A DNA stretch of 64,000 bases. Source: Eledone cirrhosa. Lineage: Eukaryota. A program made the position numbers and the translations under genes. The stretch is from positions 11,970 to 75,969 of the forward strand of contig CAXHJY010001283.1 of the NCBI GenBank assembly GCA_964016885.1, in the 5' to 3' direction. Every line of letters begins with the position of its first letter. Positions within the stretch are counted from its first letter, which is position 1. Below the pieces are notes generated by a model. That model did no database searches. It saw only the letters and a list, made by a program, of their open reading frames with translations, and was not told the origin of the DNA. Below are positions 38,655 to 51,631 of the stretch, piece by piece.

Positions 38655-40239
38655 GTGTCTATTAATGTATGTATGTGTCTATTAATGTATGTATGTGTCT
38701 ATTAATGTATGTGTGTGTCAATGTATGTGTGTGACTATTAATGTATGTGTGTGACTATTAATGTATGTGTGTCTATTAATGTATTTATGTGTCTATTAAT
38801 GTATGTGTCTATTAATGTATGTATGTGTCTATTAATGTATGTATGTGTCTATTAATGTATGTATGTGTCTATTAATGTATGTATGTGTCTATTAATGTAT
38901 GTGTCTATTAATGTATGTATGTGTCTATTAATGTATGTATGTGTCTATTAATGTATGTATGTGTCTATTAATGTATGTGTATGTCTATTAATGTGTGTAT
39001 GTCTATTAATGTATGTATGTGTCTATTAATGTATGTATGTGTCTATTAATGTATTTAAGTGTATATTAATGTATGTGTCTATTAATATATGTATGTGTCT
39101 ATTAATGTATGTATGTGTCTATTAATGTATGTATATGTCTATTAATGTATGTGTGTCTATTAATGTATGTATATGTCTATTAATGTATGTGTGTGTCTAT
39201 TAATGTATTTAAGTGTCTATTAATGTATTTAAGTGTATATTAATGTATTTATGTGTCTATTAATGTATTTATGTCTATTAATGTATGTGTGTCTATTAAT
39301 GTATGTATATGTCTATTAATGTACGTGTGTGTCTATTAATGTATTTAAGTGTCTATTACTGTATGTACGTGTCTATTAATGTATGTATGTGTCTATTAAT
39401 GTATGTATGTGTCTATTAATGTATGTGTGACTATTAATGTACGTGTGTCTATTAATGTATGTATGTGTCTATTAATGTATGTATGTGTCTATTAATGTAT
39501 GTATGTGTCTATTAATGTATGTATGTGTCTATTAATGTATGTGTGTCTATTAATGTATGTATGTGTCTATTAATGTATGTATGTGTCTATTAATGTATGT
39601 ATGTGTCTATTAATGTATGTACGTGTCTATTAATGTATGTACGTGTCTATTAATGTATGTACGTGTCTATTAATGTATGTACGTGTCTATTAATGTATGT
39701 ACGTGTCTATTAATGTATGTATGTGTCTATTAATGTATGTATGTGTCTATTAATGTATGTGTGACTATTAATGTACGTGTGTCTATTAATGTATGTATGT
39801 GTCTATTAATGTATGTATGTGTGTATTAATGTATGTGTGTCTATTAATGTATGTGTGTCTATTAATGTATGCGTCTATTAATGTATGTATGTGTCTATTA
39901 ATGTATGTATGTGTCTATTAATGTATGTATATGTCTATTAATGTATGTATGTGTCTATTAATGTATGTATGTGTCTATTAATGTATGTGTGTCTATTAAT
40001 GTATGTGTCTATTACTGTATGTATGTGTCTATTAATGTATGTACGTGTCTATTAATGTATGTACGTGTCTATTAATGTATGTACGTGTCTATTAATGCAT
40101 GTATGTGTCTATTAATGTGTGTATGTGTCTATTAATGTATGTATGTGTCTATTAATGTATGTATGTGTCTATTAATGTATGTGTGTCTATTAATGTATGT
40201 ATGTGTGTGTGTTTCACATGTTATTTTGAATAATTTTTG

Positions 40240-40405
40240 AATAGGCTTCATAGCCGGTAAACCCAACCCTAAAGGGACGCAATAGGCTTCTTATCCGGTA
40301 AACCCAACCCTAAAGGGACGCAATAGGCTTCGTATCTGGTAAACCCAACCCTAAAGGGACGCAATAGGCTTCGTAGCCGGTAAAGCCAACCCTAAAAGGA
40401 CGCAA
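40240..40405. repeat. 41-bp tandem repeat, 4 copies
   Basis: aataggcttcgtagccggtaaacccaaccctaaagggacgc at 40240, 40281, 40322 and 40363. Confidence 0.9.
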
Positions 40406-40444
40406 CTCTCGCCGGGATCCCGGAAACTAATAAATAGTTTATAC

Positions 40445-40612
40445 TTCTGACACAAGGCCAGCAATTACCCAGTGCGTTTCTGGTACTTTATTTTATCGAC
40501 CCCGTAAGGATGAACGGCAAAGGTAACCTTGGCGGGATTTGAACTCAGAATGGCAAGGGCCGTAACTCCATGCATCAAAGCATGGCGTCCAACCCTCTAC
40601 CGATACTGCCGT
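40445..40612 (-). mobile_element. tRNA-derived SINE family 2 copy
   Basis: Homologous to 2528-2690. Confidence 0.75.
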
Positions 40613-40694
40613 AGTGTTTCAGAACCCATGTAGTGATTACTGCCCTTAACCCTTGTCCTGACTTTCTGTAAAATTCTTAATCTCGAAAATTTTT

Positions 40695-40993
40695 GTGACA
40701 CCTCCACGACCACTTTACAGTGGGAGGGGGTGGGGGCATATTGCCTATATGCTTCAGCTTGTATCAGTGGAAGTTGGGTCTTCTGTATTACTGCGTAACA
40801 CCAGAGGTCACAGCCCTGTGTCATCACCTTTGAGAGGTGCATTTTGGGTAAGGCCAGCTTTTATCACCTCATTCCAGGTCTTCTTGGCTCGCTCCACTCC
40901 AAGGCTTCCATCGACTTCTAGTGCTTTGCACCTTTTTATTTTGCTGTCATCCTTCATATGCATCACATGTCCATACAAACGCAATCTCCTCTG
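40695..40993 (-). mobile_element. RTE lineage A C-terminal fragment
   Basis: RRLRLYGHVMHMKDDS motif. Confidence 0.85.
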
Positions 40994-41322
40994 TATACAT
41001 TTATATGTATGAGTATATAAACATAAATACACATACATTCACACGTCGCTGCGAGAAAGAGTGTTTTTTTTTCGATGTAGCGAGGAATTTGGGCTGCTTG
41101 GGGTTCAATTTTCGTTTGTTGTACTGAAATATTCATTGTAATGAATTATCTTTGTTTTAATAAGCTTGTGGCGGGGATTGAAAAAAAAGTTTGTTATACT
41201 GAAAAATTCATTATAATGGTATTTGTTATAACAGAATTTTACCTGTAGAACAAGCATAAAACTAATATTTCTTCAATGTACTATGTCTTTTGTTATTTAT
41301 ATTTTCCTTTTGCATATATATA

Positions 41323-41983
41323 TCTATATATATAAAAGAGAGATGTTTATTGGTTGGTTGAATCACAGAAATACAAACACACACATCTAAAGAGAGAGAC
41401 ACAGAGGGAGAGGCAGAAAGAGAGAGAGAGATAGGCTGTTATACAGAGAGAGATACAATTAAAGTGTTAGATATTCACAGAGAGAGAGTAACGTCCCACA
41501 AAAGTTTAGAAATGGCTTAAACTATAGACCCTTTGATTTATAGGAAAGTTTAACAATATTGTGTTAACTTTATAAAGTCTTTGATTTTACAGAACAAAGA
41601 AAAACTGATACTATTTGAAATTAATCTACCCTCCAGCTTTTATCCAGATACTACTTACAGTCCGTACTAACGAAGCAACACTTCAGAAGAAATGTTATGT
41701 CATATATTGCTGTGTTTCAGATGACCTCCTTTGGAACTGAAAAAGATCATACTGACTGCGGTTATTTCACATTTTAAATCCAAGGCCAATGCTACCATTT
41801 AATCAGCAGTTTACTCCCCCAGACTAATAAGGAAGTTTTATGATTGTTTTTATATCTCTCTCATACACACACACCCACACATTACGGTCTCACCTCATAC
41901 CAGACAACACACCCACTACAGTTGTTTTCTCTTTTATCCATCTCTTAACTATTCTCCCAGGTGAAGCTGGGTACCTCAGCTAG
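41323..41983 (+). mobile_element. Non-autonomous Helitron
   Basis: 5' A|TC start (tctatatatataaaag); 3' hairpin cccag-gtgaag-ctggg about 10 nt before CTAG|T. Confidence 0.65.
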
Positions 41984-42002
41984 TATATATATATGTATAT
42001 AT

Positions 42003-42305
42003 ATCATCATCATCACCATTTTACGTTGATTCTGCCACGCTAGCATGGGTTAGACAGGTTGTCCTGTTCTGGGCAGTGTCCGGTCGGCTGACCTTGTCTT
42101 GCTCATATGGGAACTGATTCTGACTTGATTTCTACAGTTGGATACCTTCCTAACACCAACCTCATTTACAGTGAGTGCTGGGTGCTTTCTTTTCTGTGGC
42201 GCCTACAGGACCACTTTACAGTGTGGGCCGGGTACTTTTTTGTCGTGACTCCTCCACGACCACTTTGCAGTGGCAGAGGATGGGGGCATATTGCCTATAT
42301 TCAAC
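42003..42305 (-). mobile_element. RTE lineage A 3'UTR fragment
   Basis: CAT tail and 3'UTR motifs. Confidence 0.8.
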
Positions 42306-42314
42306 TTTGGCTGG

Positions 42315-43720
42315 GTCCATCAGGTCTCTGTTCTTAGCCCTCTTCTGTTTATTATCGTTCTGCAGGCAATAACGGAGTTTAAGACTGGCTGTCCATGGGA
42401 ACATCTGTATGCAGATGACCTAACCCGTATAGCCAAATCTATAGCTGAACTAGAGATGAAATTCCAAACCTGGAAGCAAGGCCTAGAATCTAAAGGTCTT
42501 AAAATCAACCCTGGCAAAGACTAAAGTCCTAGTAAGTAATAGGGATAACAGAGTACAGATCTCCTCTGGGAAATGGCCCTGTTCAGTGTGCAGAAAAGGA
42601 GTAGGTAGAAATTCCATTCTATGTTCCAAATGCAAGCAATGGGTACACAAGAGATGTAGTGGGATCTCAGGCAGGCTAACAAAGAATGTAGGTTTTACTT
42701 GTGGCCGGTGCACAGGGGCAGTAAGTAGCAAGAACCCTCAGGATATAATCACCTTCAAATGCTCAGAGGGTTCAGTTGAAGTGGTAGATAGTTTCTGTTA
42801 CCTGGGAGACTAAATCAGCAATGGGGAGGTGGTGGGGTTGTTCTGAAAGTAGCCAGAGTGAGATCGGGTTGGCAAGAGTTCATGGAGCTACTACTGCTGC
42901 TCACTACAAAAGGTTTTCCCCTCAAAAGGAAAGGCAGACTCTATGATACATGTATACAAACAACAATGTTTCATAGCAGCGAGACCTGGGCACTGTGTGC
43001 TGAGGACCTGCAAAGATTGGAAAGAAATGAAGCCTCCATACTTCACTGGATGTGCAATAGCAATATACGTGGACGGCAAAGTATAAATATACTATAGGAG
43101 AAATTAGACATAAGAGCAATCAGATGTGTTCAGGAGAAGAGATTACATTGGAATGGACATGTGATGTGTATGAAAGATGACAGCTGTATAATAAGGTGCA
43201 GAGTGCTCAAAGTTGATGGTAACCATGGTGTGAGCAGGCCTAGGAAGACTTGCGATGAGGTGATAAGAGCTGACTTTGCACAATTACACCTCACTCTGGT
43301 GCTATGCAGTTTTACAGAAGACCCACCCTCCATTGTTCTAGGGTTGAGGCATATACCTAGTAGGCAACATCTTCCTCAACCTGCTATCCTCTCCCATCCA
43401 CCTCCCTTAGCAGTAACCATATCTCCCCTACTACCCCGCCCCACTCTCCCTAGTCCCCACTGTGTTGTGTCGGTGACACAACAAAGGTACCCAGTCCACA
43501 CTGTAAAATGGACATGTAAACGACATGACAAAAAGTACCCAGCACACACTGTAAATGTGGTTGATGTTAGGAAGGGCATCCAGCTGTAGAAAACCAGCCC
43601 GAAACTCTCCTATATGAGCAACATATGGTCACTCGACCCAACTTGCCTCTAATTGGGACAAACCCGTTTAACCCATGCTAGCATGGAACATAAACATTAA
43701 TCGATGATGATGATGATGAA
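42315..43720 (+). mobile_element. RTE lineage A degraded copy (RT, PHD, 3'UTR)
   Basis: [18 protein letters not shown] cysteines, GAT tail ending 30 nt from a NIPSNAP donor site. Confidence 0.9.
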
Positions 43721-43750
43721 CAACACTATAGGCAACAGGGAATGTCTTAC

Positions 43751-43905
43751 CTTGTAACTCATTAACTGTCTCCTTGGAAGAAAGCTGACTTGAATGAGAC
43801 TCACTGGTTGTTGGTAGGGTGCGGACCCTGAGAAGGTTTTTTAGCCATCCACGGCTTTCTTCAGCTTCTGCAGGTTGACTTCCCTGGGCAGATACTGCAT
43901 AAGTC
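43751..43905 (-). CDS. NIPSNAP: NIPSNAP-family gene, first visible coding exon (155 nt; TYAVSAQ...RGWLKNLLRVR...HSSQLSSKETVNELQ)
   Basis: tgcag acceptor and gtaaga donor on minus strand; peptide resembles the NIPSNAP N-terminal WLxxL...HSxxLxxKET motif; final G joins the next exon in frame (G+TT=Val). Confidence 0.85.
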
Positions 43906-43946
43906 CTGCACAATACATCAATAATGAGAAAATATGATTAATAAAC

Positions 43947-44716
43947 TCTGAAAGGCAGATTGTAAGATGCTTGTATACGAACAGCTGTTACATGGCAGTG
44001 AGACTTGGGCATTGTGTGCAGAGGAACTACACGAACAGCAGAAATTAGGAATAAGAGGGATCAGATGTTGTTTACTTGAGAGAAGACTATGTTGGTATGG
44101 TCATGTGATGCGCATAAAAGACAACAGCTGTATAAAAAAGTGCAGGGCGATCAAAATTGATGAAAGCTATGAAGTAGGTAGACCCAGAAAAACCTGGGAC
44201 GATTTGATAAATTCCGACCTTACACACTTACACCTCTCTAAGACAATGTCACTGGACCAAGATCTTTGGTGCCATGCAGTAATACAGAAGACCCGCCTTG
44301 CCTATGTACAAAGCAAAACCTACAGTCAGTAGGCACCTCTTAACCAAATATACACCGCAACTCACTACCCCTACTCCATCCCACCCCCCACTCCTACCAA
44401 CACCACCCTTTCTCTGTAAAGTTATGTTGGTACCACAACATCCAGTCCTAAATAAACTAGGTTGTGTAGGTGTCACAAGAAAATACACACAGTCCACACT
44501 GTAATGTGGCCGTGTAGGTAACACGGTAAAAACCTCCCAGCCCACACTGTAAATGTGGTTGGTGTTAGGAAAGGCATCCGACCGTAGAAAACCTGCCAGA
44601 TAATTCTATACGAGCGAGACATGGTCACCCGATCAAATTTGCCTCAAGTGCGACAATCCTGTCTAACCAATGCTAGTGTGGAAGATGGACGTTAAACGAT
44701 GATGATGATGATGATA
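43947..44716 (+). mobile_element. RTE lineage A 3' fragment
   Basis: HGSETW, WYGHV, 3'UTR and GAT tail. Confidence 0.88.
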
Positions 44717-44994
44717 AATATGGTTAACTTGCATAAAATAAAGATGCACAGAAAATGATTGACGCAAACATATGATTAAATCTAATGAATGTCACTGCCT
44801 ATGGTTTTCAAATATTTTTGAAAATAATAAAGAATTTGGAGGGATTTCAAAATTAACGTTCTCATTATTAATTTGGTGTTTGGAACATAACTTAAAGGTT
44901 CTTACATAAAATGGAAAGTTTTTAGTTAAATATAACACTTTAACATAAACAGTTTTGTATCACAGAACCAGGAGTGTCAAGGACAAAACTTATC

Positions 44995-46103
44995 ACTGTA
45001 AAGTGGTTATGTAGATGTCACAACAAAAAGTACCCAGTCCACACTGTAAAGTGGTCATGTAGGTGTCATAACAAAAAGTACCCAGTCCACACTGTAAAGT
45101 GGTCATGTAGGTGTCACAACAAAAAGTACCCAGTATACACTGTAAAATGGTCATGTAGGTGTCACAACAAAAAGTACCCAGTACACACTGTAAAGTGGTC
45201 ATGTAGGTGTCACAACAAAAAGTACCCAGTACACACTGCAAAGTGGTCATGTAGGTGTCACAACAAAAAATAGCCAGTACACACTGTAAAGTGGTCATGT
45301 AGGTGTCACAACAAAAAATAGCCAGTACACACTGTAAAGTGGTCATGTAAGTGTCACAACAATAAGGACCCAATACCCACTGTAAAGTGGTCATGTAGGT
45401 GTCACAAGTATCCAGTACATACTGTAAAGTGGTCATGTAGGTGTCGCAACAAAAAGTACCCAGTCCACACTGTAAAGTGGTCATGTAGGTGTCACAACAA
45501 GTACCCAGTACACACTGTAAAGTGGTCATGTAGGTGTCGCAACAAAAAGTACCCAGTCCACACTGTAAAGTGGTCATGTAGGTGTCACAACAAGTACCCA
45601 GTCCACACTGTAAAGTGGTCATGTAGGTGTCGCAACAAAAAGTACCCAGTACACACTGTAAAGTTGTCATGTAGGTGTAACAACAAAAAGTACCCAGTAC
45701 ACACTGTAAAGTGGTCATGTAGGTGTTGCAACAAAAAGTACCCAGTACACACTGTAAAGTTGTCATGTAGGTGTCGCAACAAAAAGTAACCAGTACACAC
45801 TGTAAAGTGGTCATGTAGGTGTCGCAACAAAAAGTAACCAGTACACACTGTAAAGTGGTCATGTAGGTGTCACAACAAAAAGTACCCAGTCCAAACTGTA
45901 AAGTGGTCATGTAGGTGTCATGACAAAAAGCACCAAGCGTGTATGTGGTTAGTGTTAGGAAGGGCATCCAGCTGTAGAAATCTAGCTAGAAACAGTTCTA
46001 TATGAGCAAGACAGTCACCTGACCCAACTTGCCTCCAATGGAACAAACCTGTATAACCCATGCTACCGTGGAACATGGACGTTAAACAATGATAAATGAT
46101 GAT
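44995..46103 (+). repeat. Second RTE/SINE tail with an expanded 48-bp (some 42-45-bp) subrepeat, about 20 copies
   Basis: Same unit as 7005-7845, followed by ggaagggcatccagctgtagaaa and a tail. Confidence 0.92.
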
Positions 46104-46114
46104 ATGTATGTATA

Positions 46115-49095
46115 TATCCATGCATCTTTCCAGTCTCATTTTCACCAAAACAAAATAAAAGTCACATCACCTTTTTAAGTGGCTGTCTCCACCATCACCT
46201 CAAGTTCCACCCCACCTCTTACTTTGCTCCCACCACTGAGCTCATCCTTATCCACTCCTCTTGCCAGCTCATGCAGGCGACTATCCAATCAATACTCGAC
46301 CGAGATCTCCCCAAGGCCTACCTCCACCCCCTCATCCAATTCATCCTTTACCTCAATCGCCACCTCTTCAATTTCCTCACTTCCATTAAAAACAAGAAAC
46401 TCCACTCACTCCACTCCCCACCACCACCCATACTCATATCACCTCCAACCCTAACCCCTCTATCCCGTCACCTACCATCCCCTTTCCTCTCCCCACCACT
46501 GAATCTGCACACGCTTTGCCCAACCACCTTAATCCCTCTTCCTCTCTCACATCCCTGCACTGTAGTCATCATACCCCAGGACGTACCACTCCCCGAAGCT
46601 GAGTGTTCCCTCCTCGCCCATGGTTTGCATTTTATACCAACCACATCTACCTGCAATGAGTTTCACACACGTACAGATATTGAAGGGTTCTTTCGTTGAT
46701 TAAAGCTGAAAGCTTTTTTTCACGACACAGACGGATGACTTCACTCGTCTCAGTCACCAGCAATCAGACTGGACGCCGAGCTCTGGCCAGTTCACCACCC
46801 TCGACTCCTTTGTCGATACTTGTCGACGTACTGTGAACCGCTTCCGTTTCCACCAGCATTCTCGTCGCTCTAACATTACGCTGGCTGAGCTCTCTGCAAC
46901 CCACAGCATCGCGATGACATTGTCATCAAACCCGCTGACAAAGGTGGCACTGTGGTGGTTTGGAGCGCTGACCTTTATAAGGCTGAGGCCCTTCACCAAT
47001 TCACGATACCCTTTTTTATTGCCCTTTATCCTCCAACCCCACTCTTGGCTATCAACAACTCGTGCCCTCCACCTCCACCAGCTCATCTCCTCCTCTCTCC
47101 TACCCCCCTCCCCAACCACAAACCTCATAGTATGCACCTCTCGTACACCCACCATCTACTTCCTCCCCAAAATACACAAACAAAATAATCTCGGCCGTCC
47201 TATCGTTTCTGCGTGCAACTGCCCCACCAAGATAATTTCCGAGTATTTAGACACCATCCTTGCCCCGTTGGTCGGCAATATCCCCTCCCACATCCACAAT
47301 ACTAATCATGCCCTTAGACTCTTCAACTCTTTCTCCCTCCCCTCCCCAGCCCCTCTCGCCTTCTCTTTACCCTGGACATCACCTCTCCCTATACCGTCAT
47401 CCCTCATGATGGCCTCCAACAATTTTTAGACTTAAGCCCTACCTCTGACCCCAGCATTACCACTCTTCTCCGCCTGGCTGAGCTTGTTCTCACCCTCAAT
47501 GGGTTTTCCTTTTCCGGTGAATTCTATCAGCAGGTCTCTGGGTAGCGATGGGACCCAGAATAGGACCAAACTATGCCAACTTGTTTGTTGGCTATGTCGA
47601 AGCCCAGATCTTCTCCCAGTATGCTGGACCGACTCCTGAGCTATATGGTCGTTATATTGACAACTGTATCGGTGCCACCTCTCTATCACGTGAACAGCTC
47701 GACTGCTTTCTATCTTTTGTCCTATCTTTCCATCCTGCTCTCACCTTCACCGATTCTTGCCTCTTTTCTAGATATCTCTCTATCTATCACTCTCACCACA
47801 CCCTCTCTACTTCCGTCTATAAACCAACAGACTCCCACTCTTATCTCGACTTCACCTTCTCCCATCCAAACCACACCAAACACTCCATACGCTATTCCTA
47901 ATTCCCATCTTTGTCGGCTCTGTAGCCAGGACGATTTCAAAGCCCATTCCCTTCACATGGCTTCCTGCTTCATCCAACATAGATATCCCTCCACCCTGAT
48001 CAAAGCTGCTCTCACCCACGCCCATGAAATTAACCACCCCATCACCCTGGCGACATATCCTCTGTTCCTTCCGCACTCTTCTCTTCTTGTTTTTTCCTAA
48101 CCCACCTATTACCATATTTAAGCGCGCCCGTAACCTCCTGGTAGATAGTTCCTTTATGTCCTCTTCCACGACTCCACCTGGCTCTCATCCTTGTTCTTGT
48201 CCCCGCTGCAACACTTGTCCTTTCATTTCCAACCTTACAGGCCCTAACGGATTATTCCATATCCGCCACTCCTTCACATGCACCTCCACCCACATTGTCT
48301 ATGCCCCCCCCCCCCCCCCCCCCTGTTCCCTTTGCGGAGCCTTATACATCAGACAAACGGGACACCGTTTTGCTGAACATTTGAGGAACATACAACTCGG
48401 TTTGGATACTCCCGTTCTTCTGGTCATTCTTCCCTACATGTCTCAGTCCTGGGTGTCACTTTACATCACAGATCACAGGCCTCGTGCACTAGGACTCAAC
48501 AGAGTCTGATTTACCGCCTTGGGTCCTGTTTCCCTCATGAACTCAACTCCCCTCCCCAATTTCTTTAATACCCCGTCCGTTATCACACACACTTGTACAT
48601 TCACCCCTAGATTTCTATCACTCTTTCATGATCATAAACATACTCTTACAACTAATACAGACCAACAAAATACACACACTCCACTTTTCCCTTCACAGCT
48701 CTGTATACACACACACCCCCTTATAGTAACATACTTTTGCTCATAGCTTCGTACTTACAAGCACACACAATCTTCTACTTACATATACACACACGCGCAC
48801 AAGTATAGCTCTTTATACAAAACATTTTTTTTTGTATTGCAGTTAGACACGCTCTATCGCCAGCATCAACAGTTTTGCAAGAGATGTCAACATGAATGGA
48901 CCTATTATTTTTATCTAAAGAGATTTTTTCCAATTCCACCCCGATTGTCCCTTCAATCTATTTTATTTCGCATTCTTTCTTCTGATGGACTAGTGTCCGA
49001 AAAGTTAAGACCCTCTTTCTGCTATTTCAAGCGTTAACCTAATATATACCTTCCATATACTGTACCGATTGTGTTATTTCAGTTTACCTTTTACA
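46115..49095 (+). mobile_element. Penelope-like retroelement (Neptune-type), near full length but degraded: RT plus GIY-YIG, with 3' pLTR
   Basis: KPADKGG, YFLPKIHK..GRPIVS, G.AMG...PNYANLF, RYID, YKPTDSHSYL, CxxxRCxxC linker, IVY..C..C.ALYI.QTG..RF.EH; decayed hammerhead at about 48978-49010. Confidence 0.9.
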
Positions 49096-49103
49096 TATAT
49101 ATA

Positions 49104-49318
49104 TGAAGAAGTGCCAGGAAATGCCAGTTGAAGGAAGACGTGGTAGAGGTAGACCACGAAAAACATGGGCGGAGGTGGTGAGAACAGACCTCAGATCATT
49201 GAAGCTCACGGTGGAGATGACGAGGGACCGTGACGAGTGGAGAGATGCTGTGCTGAATAAGACCCGTCCCACCCTTGCAAGCAGGGAAAAGCGGACGTAA
49301 AATGATGATGATGATGAT
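49104..49318 (+). mobile_element. RTE lineage B extreme 3' end
   Basis: ORF 49103..49300 ending [12 protein letters not shown], then GAT tail. Confidence 0.9.
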
Positions 49319-49323
49319 ATATA

Positions 49324-50437
49324 TCATCATCATCATCACCATCACCATTTTACGTCCACTTTTCCACGCTAGCGTGGGTTAAACGGGTTGTCCTGTTGTT
49401 GGCCATGCCAGGTCAGGTGACCATGTCTTGCTCATACGGGAACTGATTTTGGCTCAGTTTCTACAGCTGGATGCCCTTCCTAACACCAACCTCATTTACA
49501 GTGAGTACCGGGTGCTTTTTTACCGTAGCGCCTACACAGGTGCTTTCTTGTCGTGACACCTCCATGACAGTGGGAGAGGGTTGGAGTGTATTGTCTATAT
49601 GCTTCAGCTTCGGCTTGTACGCATCTTCTGTATTACTGCGTGACGCCAGAAGTCACGGTCCTGTGTCATCACCGTTGAGATGTAATTGGGCAAGGACAGC
49701 TTTTATCACTTCATCCCAGGTCTTCTTGGGTCTCCCCACTCCGCGACTTCCAGCGCTCTGCACCTTTTTATGCAGCTGTCATCCTTCATATGTATCACAT
49801 GTCCATACCAACGTAACCTCCTCTCCTACATACATTTGATTTCTCTTATGCTCAGTCTCTCTCTCAATTCGTTTATGCTTTGCTGTTGGCATATATTACA
49901 ATTATACATCCATCAGACCATGCAGGCTACGTTTCTTTCTAATCTATGCAAGTCTTCTACAGACAGCGCCCAGGTCTCACTTCCATGTAACATTGCTGTT
50001 TGTATGCATGTATCATACAGTCTGCCTTTCATTTTGAAGGAAAAGCCTTTTGCAGCTAGCAGTGGCTCCCTGAACTTCTTCCATCCTGTTCTTACGCTTG
50101 TTTCCTGTGGCTGTTTGCTGCTTACTGTCCCGGCACAGCTACATGTAAAGCCTATATTCCTAACTAAGCTTCCTGAGATCCCACATCTCGTGTACCCATA
50201 GTTTGCATATGGTGCAGAGGATAGAGTTCCTACTAACACCTTTCCTATATACTGAGCAAGGCCATTTACCTAAGGGTCTGCCTTTCATTTTGAGGGAAAA
50301 GCTTTTTGCAGCTAGCAGTGGTAGTAGCTCCCTGAACTTCTTCCATCCCATTCTTACACTGCTTAATGTACTTTCAGAACACCCGCCTCCGCTGCTAATT
50401 CGGTCACCTCGGTAGCAGAAGCTGTCTACTGTTTCTA
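49324..50437 (-). mobile_element. RTE lineage A2, degraded and internally rearranged copy
   Basis: PHD and GWKKFRE segments out of order; tail-to-tail with the preceding element. Confidence 0.85.
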
Positions 50438-50589
50438 CATATATATATATATATGTACATACATATAAATCAGATGGATTCAACAGAGTACTCGATACTT
50501 GGGGTAGTAGAGTATGGTTACATTATAAAGAGTCATGACCCCGACGGCCGAGTTCCTGCCGTTTCAACAGCTGGTTCCTGATTCTGGAA

Positions 50590-51075
50590 TGGTTTGTCTT
50601 GCTGCCTGAATGCCGGTCGCTTTGCACATCACACAGAGCTAAACCTCATTTTTAAGAGAGCTTTGGCCCAAGCAAAAATCCCCTCAATTTTGGAACCATC
50701 TGGTTTGTCCAGAATTGATGGGAAAAGACCTGATGGCCTTACCCTGTGCCCCTGGTCGAGAGCAGATGCCTTGTCTGGAACGTCACACTTAGCGACTTTT
50801 TTGCTTCTTCCCACATCACGGATGCTGTGGTTAGTGTGAGAGCCACAGCTTCTGCAGCCGAACGGAGCAAAATCCTAAAATACCGTGATCTGCCGGCCAA
50901 CTACATTTTCCAGCCTGTGGCGTTCGAGGGAGTCGGGCTACTGACTGCGTGATACCTATCTTCACTGTTGGCTCGCCTAACAGAGGTAACTGGTGATGCT
51001 CCTGAGGGTGCTTGGTTGTTCCAGTACCTCAGCCTCGCCATCACACGAGGTAACGCTGTGAGCATGTAGGCTTGC
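50590..51075 (+). mobile_element. Restriction-like endonuclease C-terminus of a CRE-type non-LTR retrotransposon
   Basis: GRxxxHxxLN...EPxGL..DGKRPDG...W.VT...K..KY..L...Y.F.PVAFE...LFQ.LSLAI.RGNA, with frameshifts. Confidence 0.8.
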
Positions 51076-51224
51076 CTCAAAAGTTATTAGAGAGGTTTCC
51101 CAATGCTCCTCGCAATATTATCTTTTGCTCTGGTAGTGGCTCAACTATCCAACCCTTTCGCCTGCCTTTTGTTGTATGTGGTGCTAGATGTGTGTATTAC
51201 CTGTTTGTTTTTTTCCCCTTCAGA

Positions 51225-51620
51225 TCCAGCGCATAGGTCGACCCCTAAAATTCTGAGATATAATTCAGGTTTAAGCCTATATTCGTCGGATAAGACGACC
51301 GGCACTCTCAGTCGCAAGTTAAGTTCTAACTCCGAGTAAACCATCCTACCCTTACCTTAATGAACCTATGGTAACCTACCCTATGAGCTATGACAAGTCG
51401 TTGATATTATAATCTCTGCGTTAAATAGATTTAACAAATATGAGACTCAGTAGAAAATAATTGTGGTAGGCTGCTAGAGTTAGGTAAGTGGTGTACAACA
51501 AGTGTTAGGCAGGCCATCTCACTGTTTACCCCTTTATATTCGTCGGACAAGTCGACCCCTGGTTTTGGAAAGATTTTTTTAGGCTCCAAATGTCGACTTG
51601 TATGCCGGTATATACGGTAT
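51225..51620. mobile_element. Tc1/mariner-type MITE remnant
   Basis: Right end gtcgacttgtatgccggtatatacggTA; internal repeated tatattcgtcgga(t/c)aag(a/t)cgacc. Confidence 0.5.
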
Positions 51621-51631
51621 ATATATATATA

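Larger units (their letters stand above)
35762..40200. repeat. 20-bp minisatellite (gtctattaatgtatgtatgt, with 16/18-bp variants), interrupted by a SINE and an RTE
   Basis: Arrays at 35762-36825, 37170-37440 and 38655-40200. Confidence 0.95.
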
